Assembly (NCBI RefSeq): GCF_001598795.1
Contig: NZ_BCZP01000037.1
Location: 1 to 32,000, forward strand
Origin: Delftia acidovorans NBRC 14950
GTDB lineage: Bacteria > Pseudomonadota > Gammaproteobacteria > Burkholderiales > Burkholderiaceae_C
DNA length: 32,000 nt
Direction of reading: 5' to 3'
Part shown: positions 1 through 6,715 of the stretch, one piece after another
Position numbering within the stretch: the stretch's first letter is position 1
Layout: each line of letters starts with the position of its first letter
The notes under the pieces: model-generated
Told to the model about the DNA's origin: nothing
The model's input: only the letters and a program-made list of their open reading frames with translations
Databases searched by the model: none
Program-made: the position numbers and the translations under genes

Positions 1-75
1 AGCGAGTTCGAGGGCGACGTTGTGGACACGTGAGGCGCCTTTATTCGCGGTTTGTGGGGAGATCAGGGGGGCCAT
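1..75 (-). CDS. Probable 5' end of the next pst-operon gene (pstC-like permease), truncated by the window edge
   Basis: An ATG at 75..73 lies 41 nt downstream of the pstS stop. An AGGTG Shine-Dalgarno (SD) sequence sits 4 nt upstream of it. The frame stays open to position 1 (MAPLISPQTANKGASRVHNVALELA...). The identity rests only on the usual pstSCAB gene order; 25 aa is too short to recognise. Confidence 0.3.
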   Translation of the reverse strand, partial: MAPLISPQTANKGASRVHNVALELA

Positions 76-116
76 GATGCACCTGCCGGCGGTGCGCCAC
101 GGCCCCTTTTCAGGGT

Positions 117-1157
117 TTACTTCAGGGAAATCGCGGTACCCGAGGCGTCCTTGACTTGACCCCAGGATTGGAAGATCACGTTCTTGACGGCGTCAGGCAT
201 GGGCACGTAGTCCAGGTCGGTGGCGGTCTTGTCGCCGGACTTGTAGGCCCACTCGAAGAACTTCAGCGAGGCAGCGGCCTGTGCGGGCTTGTCCTGGGCC
301 TTGTGCATGATGATGAACGTGGCCGAGGTGATGGGCCATGCATCCTTGCCGGGCTGGTTGGTCAGGATCTGGTAGAAGCTCTTGGCCCAGTCGGCACCGG
401 CGGCAGCGGCCTTGAAGGTGGCGTCGTCGGGCGACACGAAGGCGCCGCCAGCGGTCTGCAGTTGCGTGTAGGTCAGCTTGTTTTGCTTGACATAGGCGTA
501 CTCGACGTAGCCGATGGAGTTGGGCAGGCGGCCCACGAAGGCGGCCACGCCTTCATTGCCCTTGCCGCCGGCACCTGTGGGCCAGTTCACGGCCTTGCCT
601 TCGCCAACCTTTTCCTTCCACTCGGCATTGACCTTGGACAGGTAGTTTGTGAAGCCGAAGGTGGTGCCCGAGCCGTCAGCACGGCGTACGGGAGCGATGG
701 TGGCGTCAGGCAGGGTCACGCCGGGGTTCAGGGCCTTGATGGCCTCGTCGTTCCACTTGGTGATCTTGCCCAGGTAGATGTCACCCAGCACCTGGCCGGT
801 CAGTTTGAGCTGGCCGGGCTGGATGCCCTTGATATTGACCACGGGCACGATGCCGCCGATCACGGTGGGGAATTGCACCAGACCCTTCTTGGCCAGTTCG
901 TCGTCCTTGAGCGGCTCGTCCGAAGCACCGAAGTCCACGGTCTTGGCTTCGATCTGCTTGATGCCGGCGCTGGAGCCCACGGACTGGTAGTTGATCTTCA
1001 CGCCGGTGGCCTTGTGGTAATCGGCGGCCCACTTCGAGTACAGCGGCGCAGGGAAGCTGGCGCCGGCGCCGGTGGCTTCCTGCTGGGCCAGGGCCTGGCC
1101 CATACCGCCCGCAGACAGAGCACCAGCCACCAGAATGTGAATCACAGACAACTTCAT
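117..1157 (-). CDS. pstS: Phosphate ABC transporter periplasmic phosphate-binding protein PstS
   Basis: ORF 117..1229 is trimmed to the ATG at 1157, which has an AAGAGG SD 7 nt upstream. The product starts with a signal peptide, [24 protein letters not shown]. The motifs [30 protein letters not shown] and [10 protein letters not shown] closely match E. coli PstS. Confidence 0.95.
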   Translation of the reverse strand: MKLSVIHILVAGALSAGGMGQALAQQEATGAGASFPAPLYSKWAADYHKATGVKINYQSVGSSAGIKQIEAKTVDFGASDEPLKDDELAKKGLVQFPTVIGGIVPVVNIKGIQPGQLKLTGQVLGDIYLGKITKWNDEAIKALNPGVTLPDATIAPVRRADGSGTTFGFTNYLSKVNAEWKEKVGEGKAVNWPTGAGGKGNEGVAAFVGRLPNSIGYVEYAYVKQNKLTYTQLQTAGGAFVSPDDATFKAAAAGADWAKSFYQILTNQPGKDAWPITSATFIIMHKAQDKPAQAAASLKFFEWAYKSGDKTATDLDYVPMPDAVKNVIFQSWGQVKDASGTAISLK

Positions 1158-1195
1158 GTACAGACCTCTTAGGGGTTGAAAGATGCGATGACTGG

Positions 1196-1230
1196 ACTGT
1201 AAGAAGGCTTTGTGACATTGATATGACACA
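1196..1230 (-). promoter_or_regulatory. Pho box plus -10 element for pstS
   Basis: The minus strand reads TGTGTCATATCAATGTCACAAA (1230->1209). This contains two TGTCA heptads with 11-bp phasing. Exactly 10 nt follow, then TACAGT (1201->1196), 39 nt upstream of the pstS ATG. This is the same box-to-minus-10 geometry as the E. coli pstS promoter. Confidence 0.6.
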
Positions 1231-1274
1231 GAGAAAAGGCGTCACAAATGCTGGGCCATAGTCTGTAAGACCCA

Positions 1275-1307
1275 GGTCATCGCGGTGTCACAATTCCGTC
1301 TTAGTCT
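1275..1307 (+). promoter_or_regulatory. Pho-box-like repeat plus -10 candidate for ppx
   Basis: The plus strand reads GGTCATCgcggTGTCACA (1275-1292, 11-bp phasing), then 10 nt, then TAGTCT (1302-1307), 96 nt upstream of the ppx ATG. A weaker third repeat, CGTCTTA, lies at 1297. Confidence 0.4.
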
Positions 1308-1402
1308 TGTGCCTCGCACGAGCTGGCACCAGACAAGCGCAGCCCTGCCACCCGGCACCGCTGTGCACTCCTGCTCGACGAATCTTGATTGGCGTTTCTT
1401 TC

Positions 1403-2887
1403 ATGGCACCAGAATCCCTGCTCGCCGCCGTTGACCTCGGATCCAACAGCTTTCGCCTAGAAATAGGCCGCGTCGGCAGCCACCAGCGCATAGAGCGCGT
1501 GGAATATCTCAAGGAGACCGTGCGCCAGGGCAATGGGCTCAACGAGCACCATGAGCTGACCGACGAGGCCATGCAACGCGGCTGGGACTGCCTGGCACGC
1601 TTTGGCGAGCGCCTGGCCGGCTTTCCTGCCGACCAGGTCCGCGCCGTGGCCACCCAAACCCTGCGGGAGGCCCGCAACCGCGATGTCTTCATCGCACGCG
1701 GCAGCGCCCTGCTGGGCTTTCCCATCGAGGTCATCTCGGGCGAGGAAGAGGCCCGGCTGATCTATCGCGGCGTCTCCAGCCTGTTGCCTCCCTCGCAGCA
1801 GCGGCGCCTGGTGGTGGACATTGGCGGCCGCTCGACCGAAGTCATCATCGGCCAGCATGGCGAGGCGCGCCAAGTGGCCTCCTACCCCATAGGCAGCGTC
1901 GCCTGGAGCACGCAGTTCTTTGGCGAAGGCACGCTGTCGCGCGCACATTTCTCGGCCGCCATCAAGGCCGCGCAGGCGGCCCTCACCCAGACCGTCTCGG
2001 CCTACCCGGCCACTGCATGGGACTGCGCCTATGCCTCGTCGGGCACGGCCAACGCCGTGGGCGACATCCTGGCTGCCAACGGATATTCCGGCGGGCTGAT
2101 CACGCCCGACAGCCTGCGCTGGCTGCATGAGCAGCTGATGGAGGCCGGCCATGTGGACCGCATCCGGCTGGCCGGACTCAAGGAAGACCGCCGCGCCGTC
2201 ATCGCCGGAGGCCTGAGCATCCTGATTGCGGCCCTGGGCCTGCTGGGCATCAATGAACTGGAAGTCGCCCAGGGCGCGCTGCGCCAGGGCGTTTTGCACG
2301 ACCTGCTGGAGCACGAGCCCCCCGCCGACCGCGAGGCAGCCGAAATTGCCGCACTGCAGCAGGACTTCGGCATTGACGCCGCGCATGCGCTGCGCGTGCG
2401 CAAGGTGGCACGCTGGGCCTGGCAATCGCTGCACGCGCAACAACCGCCCGATGTCCTGTCCACGCATGCACTGGACACGGCTGCCAGCCTGCACGAGATC
2501 GGCATGCGCATCTCCCTGAGCGCCTACCACCGGCACGGCGCCTACATCACCGAGCACTGCGGTGCCGCGACATGGCCTGTGGAGCTGCGCGCGCGCATCA
2601 CCCAGCTCGTGCTCGGCCACCAGGGCAAGCTGCGCAAGCTGGAAGCCGCCATCGAGGACCAGGCCGTGGCCTGGCCCCTGCTGGCACTGCGGCTGGCCGT
2701 GCAGCTGTGCCATGCCCGGCGTGACCCCGATCTGCAGGGCATGCGCCTGCATCGCTCGGACAGCGTCTTTCACCTGACCGTGCCGGAAGGCTGGGCCAAA
2801 AGCTATCCCCAGTCCGCCCAGCTGCTGCGCACCGAGGCCGTGGCCTGGCAGAAGACGCCCTGGACCTTGCAGCTGCATCTGCACTGA
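1403..2887 (+). CDS. ppx: Exopolyphosphatase, full-length Ppx/GppA family (ASKHA N-terminal domains plus a C-terminal HD-type domain)
   Basis: ORF 1307..2887 is trimmed to the ATG at 1403 (MAPESLLAAVDLGSNSFRLEI). Catalytic motifs VISGEEEARLIY and VVDIGGRSTE are present. The C-terminal region carries LHEIGMRISLSAYHRHGAYI. The product is 494 aa, comparable to E. coli Ppx. Confidence 0.9.
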   Translation: MAPESLLAAVDLGSNSFRLEIGRVGSHQRIERVEYLKETVRQGNGLNEHHELTDEAMQRGWDCLARFGERLAGFPADQVRAVATQTLREARNRDVFIARGSALLGFPIEVISGEEEARLIYRGVSSLLPPSQQRRLVVDIGGRSTEVIIGQHGEARQVASYPIGSVAWSTQFFGEGTLSRAHFSAAIKAAQAALTQTVSAYPATAWDCAYASSGTANAVGDILAANGYSGGLITPDSLRWLHEQLMEAGHVDRIRLAGLKEDRRAVIAGGLSILIAALGLLGINELEVAQGALRQGVLHDLLEHEPPADREAAEIAALQQDFGIDAAHALRVRKVARWAWQSLHAQQPPDVLSTHALDTAASLHEIGMRISLSAYHRHGAYITEHCGAATWPVELRARITQLVLGHQGKLRKLEAAIEDQAVAWPLLALRLAVQLCHARRDPDLQGMRLHRSDSVFHLTVPEGWAKSYPQSAQLLRTEAVAWQKTPWTLQLHLH

Positions 2888-2928
2888 GCACGGCCACCCG
2901 CTTCGGCTTGTGGCGGGATGGCGCGGGG

Positions 2929-2946
2929 CGGCCGGCGCGCCGGCCG
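2929..2946. terminator. GC-rich perfect 18-nt palindrome between convergent ppx and ppk (possible bidirectional stem-loop, no U tract)
   Basis: CGGCCGGCGCGCCGGCCG is self-complementary. It sits in the 68-nt gap between the two stop codons. No flanking T or A run is present, so terminator function is uncertain. Confidence 0.3.
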
Positions 2947-2955
2947 TGACGCAGC

Positions 2956-5313
2956 TCAGACCTGGGGGCCGTAGCGCTCCATCAAGGCGCGCTGCGCACC
3001 CAGGCCCGTGGTCGGATAGGGTGCACGCTGGTAGGCACCGTTGGCCTCCAGGGTCCAGGCATCGCGGTTGTCATACAGGCCAGCGACCAGGCATTCGTCT
3101 ATCACCTGCTGGCGCAGCACGGGGTCGCGCACGGGCCAGGCCAGTTCCACCCGGCGCATCATGTTGCGGTTCATCCAGTCGGCGCTGGACAGCAGCAGCT
3201 CCTGCTGCTTGCCCCAGGCAAAGTAGAAGACGCGCGAGTGCTCCAGGAAACGGCCGATGATGGAGCGCACGCGGATGTTGTCGGTCCAGCCCTTGCGCTG
3301 CGGCGGCAGCATGCAGGCACTGCGCACGATGAGATCGATGCGCGCGCCCTGCTGGCCGGCACGCACCAGGGCCTGCATGAGCAGTTCGTCGGTCAGCGCA
3401 TTCATCTTGAGCACGATGCGCGCCTCTTCGCCGCGCTGCGCCGCCTCGCCCACCTGGTTGATCAGCGCCAGCATGCGGTCGTGCAGCTGGAACGGCGCAA
3501 TCACCAGCTGGTGCAGCTTGGGCAGGCGGTTGTGGCTGGACAGGTGGCTGAATACGGCATCCATATCGGCCGTGATCTGCGCATCGCAGGTCAGCTGGCT
3601 GATGTCCGTGTACAGGCGCGCCGTGCGCACGTTGTAATTGCCGGTGGACAGGTGTCCATAGCGCTTGAGCTGTCCGCTGCGCTTTTCGCGGCGCGTGATC
3701 AGCAGCATCTTGGCGTGCGTCTTCAGGCCCAGCACGCCGTAGACCACCTGGGCGCCCAGGGCCTCCAGCTTCTCGGCGGAGTTGATGTTGGCCTCTTCGT
3801 CAAAGCGGGCCTTGAGCTCCAGCACGGCCAGCACCTCCTTGCCGCGGCGCACGGCCTCGGCCAGCAACTGCATGATTTCGGAGTCGGACCCGGTGCGGTA
3901 GATGGTCTGCTTGATGGCCAGCACCTCGGGGTCGTTGACGGCCTCGCGCAGCAGCTCCAGCACGCCGTCGAAGCTCTCGAAAGGCTGGTGGATCAGCACA
4001 TCACGCTTGCGGATCTGGGCCATCACCGAGCGGCCCGGCTGCAGCTGGCGCGGCCATGCCGGCCGCCACGGCGGGAACAGCAGTGCGGGGTCATCGACCA
4101 GATCGACCAGCTGCGACTGGCGCACCAGGTTCACGGGCCCCTTGACGCGGAACAGTGCCTCGGTCGGCAGGCCGAACTGGCCCAGCAGCAGGTCGGACAA
4201 CATGGGCGAGCAGGCAAAGGACACCTCCAGCCGCACGGCCTGGCCGTAGTGGCGGTGGTGCAGACCCTGGCGCAGCGCCATGCGCAGGTCGCTGACATCG
4301 TCCTCATCCACCGCCAGGTCCGAATGGCGGGTGACACGGAATTGCGCGAACTCCGCCACCTCACGCCCCGGGAACAGCTCGACCAGATGGGCGCGCACGA
4401 TGCTGGAGATGCTCACGAACAGGCGCTGCTTGCCCGCGATCTTCTCCGGCAGGCGCACCAGGCGAGGCAAGGCACGCGGGACCTTGACGATGGCCACCTC
4501 GTTGGCGCGGCCAAAGGCATCGACACCCTTGAGGCGCACGATGAAGTTCAGCGCCTTGTTGGCCACCTGGGGAAATGGATGGGATGGGTCCAGGCCCACC
4601 GGCATGAGCAGGGGCTGGACTTCGCGCAGAAAGTATTCGCGCACCCATTTGCGCTGGGCGCTGCTGCGCTCGCCATGGGAGACCACGCGTATGCCCTGCC
4701 CCGCAAAGGCAGGAATCAGCGATTGGTTGTACAGCGTGTACTGGCGCAATACCAGCTCATGCGCCTTGTCCATCAGCGAACGAAAGCTCTGCAGCGTATA
4801 CAGACCCTTGGCGTCGCCTGCCTTGGCCGCCGTCACATGGGGGGCGCAGCGCACCTCGAACCATTCGTCGAGATTGGAAGAGACGATGCACAGGTAGCGC
4901 AGCCGCTCCAGCAGCGGCACATCCTCGCGCACAGCCCAGTCCAGCACGCGTTCGTTGAACGCCAGGATGCAATGGTCGCGGTCCAGAAACTGTTGTTGCT
5001 GCTGCTGTTGCACTTCACCGCTTTCGGCTGTGGCGTACAGGCCAGTGTATGCCGCGGCGACCAGCCCCGCAGCAGAGACCGGGGCAGACGCTGGCATCGC
5101 CTGGCCCTGCAATTCCAGCAGGGCGGTGGAAAGGCTTTTGGCCAGGGGCATCATCGGGACATTCAAGGGTGCAGAGACGGGTATGGGCGCTGTCTCGCGG
5201 GCCATGCCCAGCGAGGCCGGCCCTGCGGGCATGGTGCGCAGCCCCTGTTCATGTTCTGGTTCGGCAGGCGCGGCAGAGGCGCTGGCGGGAATCGGCGTGA
5301 ATGTCTGGGGCAT
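2956..5313 (-). CDS. ppk: Polyphosphate kinase 1 (PPK1). The start codon is uncertain: ATGs at 5313, 5397 and 5403 are all in frame
   Basis: The 824-aa ORF 2956..5430 carries PPK1 motifs ILAFNERVLDWA, SSNLDEWFEVR, GLKTHAKMLLI and LSTGNYN. The position equivalent to the E. coli N-terminus is about residue 142 of the ORF. The upstream ATGs at 5403/5397 lie inside TGTCATG repeat motifs and are followed by rare codons, so I give 5313 (MPQTFTPIP...) as the start. The 3' end is secure. Confidence 0.9.
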   Translation of the reverse strand: MPQTFTPIPASASAAPAEPEHEQGLRTMPAGPASLGMARETAPIPVSAPLNVPMMPLAKSLSTALLELQGQAMPASAPVSAAGLVAAAYTGLYATAESGEVQQQQQQQFLDRDHCILAFNERVLDWAVREDVPLLERLRYLCIVSSNLDEWFEVRCAPHVTAAKAGDAKGLYTLQSFRSLMDKAHELVLRQYTLYNQSLIPAFAGQGIRVVSHGERSSAQRKWVREYFLREVQPLLMPVGLDPSHPFPQVANKALNFIVRLKGVDAFGRANEVAIVKVPRALPRLVRLPEKIAGKQRLFVSISSIVRAHLVELFPGREVAEFAQFRVTRHSDLAVDEDDVSDLRMALRQGLHHRHYGQAVRLEVSFACSPMLSDLLLGQFGLPTEALFRVKGPVNLVRQSQLVDLVDDPALLFPPWRPAWPRQLQPGRSVMAQIRKRDVLIHQPFESFDGVLELLREAVNDPEVLAIKQTIYRTGSDSEIMQLLAEAVRRGKEVLAVLELKARFDEEANINSAEKLEALGAQVVYGVLGLKTHAKMLLITRREKRSGQLKRYGHLSTGNYNVRTARLYTDISQLTCDAQITADMDAVFSHLSSHNRLPKLHQLVIAPFQLHDRMLALINQVGEAAQRGEEARIVLKMNALTDELLMQALVRAGQQGARIDLIVRSACMLPPQRKGWTDNIRVRSIIGRFLEHSRVFYFAWGKQQELLLSSADWMNRNMMRRVELAWPVRDPVLRQQVIDECLVAGLYDNRDAWTLEANGAYQRAPYPTTGLGAQRALMERYGPQV

Positions 5314-5390
5314 GGATGCAGGGGCCCGGCCTGTGCAGGACCCGGTAGTCACCCCGTGGACCGGGGATTCGGGCAGTCTGCCCCGGGTTT

Positions 5391-5437
5391 GTGACATGTT
5401 CATGACATAAATCCCGCCCACGCATGACACCTGTCAT
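5391..5437 (-). promoter_or_regulatory. Pho-box-like TGTCA repeats upstream of, or overlapping, the ppk 5' end
   Basis: The minus strand reads TGTCATGcgtgggcgggatttaTGTCATGaacaTGTCACA. The repeats begin at 5429, 5407 and 5396, phased at 22 and 11 bp. The palindrome ATGACAccTGTCAT lies at 5424-5437. A weak -10, CAGACT, follows 10 nt after the last repeat. Confidence 0.35.
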
Positions 5438-5474
5438 ACAAGCGACTTCCGGCAAGGAATGGCTGCGCTGTCGC

Positions 5475-5503
5475 TGTCATGCAAAGGTCATGACCAGGTC
5501 ACG
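5475..5503 (+). promoter_or_regulatory. Three 11-bp-phased TGTCA-type repeats upstream of the short ppx paralogue
   Basis: TGTCATGcaaaGGTCATGaccaGGTCACG. The centre forms the palindrome GGTCATGACC (5486-5495). No good -10 lies at the canonical 10-nt distance. An extended -10 candidate, TGcTAAGCT, lies at 5535-5543. Confidence 0.3.
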
Positions 5504-5615
5504 CAGCCACGAGGGCCACGCTGTATCGCCAGGGTGCTAAGCTCACTGCCATCCCCCTGGATGGCGTTGGCTGCTGCAAACCTGCCGCAGCCGTGTCGTC
5601 GTCCGCCTTTCGCGC

Positions 5616-6596
5616 ATGCCCTCTTCCAATCCCCCCGAAAGCCGCCTGGCCGCCATCGACATTGGCTCCAACAGCTGCCTGCTGGCCATGGCCCGCAGCG
5701 ACGGCGCAAAGGTACAGCTGTTCAGCCACCGCAAGGAAGCCATACGCCTGGGCAGCGCCCTGGACGAACAGGGAGCCCTGAGCCTGGAGGCCATGCAGCG
5801 TGGCTGGGCCTGCCTGGAGCGCTATGCGCAGGTGCTGGGCGACCTGCCCCGCCACCGCGTTCGTGCCGTGGCCACGCAGACGCTGAGAGAGGCATCGAAC
5901 CGCCAGGTCTTCCTGGACGAGGGCCAGCGCATCCTGGGCTGCTCCATCGAAGTCATCGACGGCGAGGAAGAAGCACGCCTGATCTATCGCGGCGTCGCCC
6001 AGTTGCTGCCGCCCGGTCCCCAGCGGCGGCTGGTGGTGGACATCGGTGGCCGATCGACCGAGCTGTGCCTTGGCCAGCAGCGGCAGGTGCTGCAGGCACG
6101 CTCCTTCGCTTTCGGCAGCGTGACCTGGGCATTGCGCCACTTTCCCGATGGAGAGCTGTCGGCCCAGGCACTGTCCCAGGCCGAAGCGGCGGTGGCCGAC
6201 ATCATTGCGCCCGAAGCCGCGCGGTTTGCCGCCGGGCAGTGGAGCCATGCCTATGGGTCCTCCGGCACGGCCGGTGCCATCGTCAAGGTGCTGGCCCATG
6301 CACCCGATGGCACGGCCGGCTGGATCACGCGGCAGGGACTGGACTGGCTGCAGGCGCAGTTGCTGCGTGCAGGGCATGTCAGCCGCGTGAACATGGACGG
6401 GCTCAAGGAAGAACTGCGCCCCATGATCGGCGGCGGCATGAGCGTGATGCGGGCGATCTTCTCCAGCCTGGGCATCGAGCGCATGCGCGTGACGCATGGC
6501 GCCCTGCGGCATGGCGTGCTGTATGAGCTGGCCGATCGGCTGGATGCCGAAGCCTCCGGAAAACGCAGGCGCAGGCAAGTTGCACCCGGCCCGTGA
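5616..6596 (+). CDS. Short Ppx/GppA-family phosphatase (ASKHA domains only, no C-terminal HD domain)
   Basis: The product is 326 aa and begins MPSSNPPESRLAAIDIGSNSCLL. It retains VIDGEEEARLIYRGV and VVDIGGRSTE. It shares long identical blocks with the ppx product (VRAVATQTLREA, GEEEARLIYRGV, QRRLVVDIGGRSTE). It ends about 170 aa earlier than full-length Ppx. Confidence 0.85.
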   Translation: MPSSNPPESRLAAIDIGSNSCLLAMARSDGAKVQLFSHRKEAIRLGSALDEQGALSLEAMQRGWACLERYAQVLGDLPRHRVRAVATQTLREASNRQVFLDEGQRILGCSIEVIDGEEEARLIYRGVAQLLPPGPQRRLVVDIGGRSTELCLGQQRQVLQARSFAFGSVTWALRHFPDGELSAQALSQAEAAVADIIAPEAARFAAGQWSHAYGSSGTAGAIVKVLAHAPDGTAGWITRQGLDWLQAQLLRAGHVSRVNMDGLKEELRPMIGGGMSVMRAIFSSLGIERMRVTHGALRHGVLYELADRLDAEASGKRRRRQVAPGP

Positions 6597-6650
6597 CGGC
6601 CCATGATGGCCCAGGCCCTGCTTGCGTCAGGGAAGGCCGATAGAGTGTTT

Positions 6651-6678
6651 TTCGCACAAGTGCTACACTTTGTAAGCT
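6651..6678 (+). promoter_or_regulatory. Candidate sigma70 promoter for the GGDEF-EAL gene
   Basis: TTCGCA, a 16-nt spacer, then TAAGCT, 38 nt upstream of the ATG at 6716. This is a pattern match only. Confidence 0.25.
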
Positions 6679-6715
6679 TCCCACCCTCCCTTCATTACCG
6701 CCCCACCGCTTCGCC

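Noticed and set aside
3238-5394. A 718-aa plus-strand ORF, plus several 60-200-aa ORFs in the same area
   Set aside because: All are antisense to, or out of frame within, ppk, whose sense frame carries all the PPK1 motifs.
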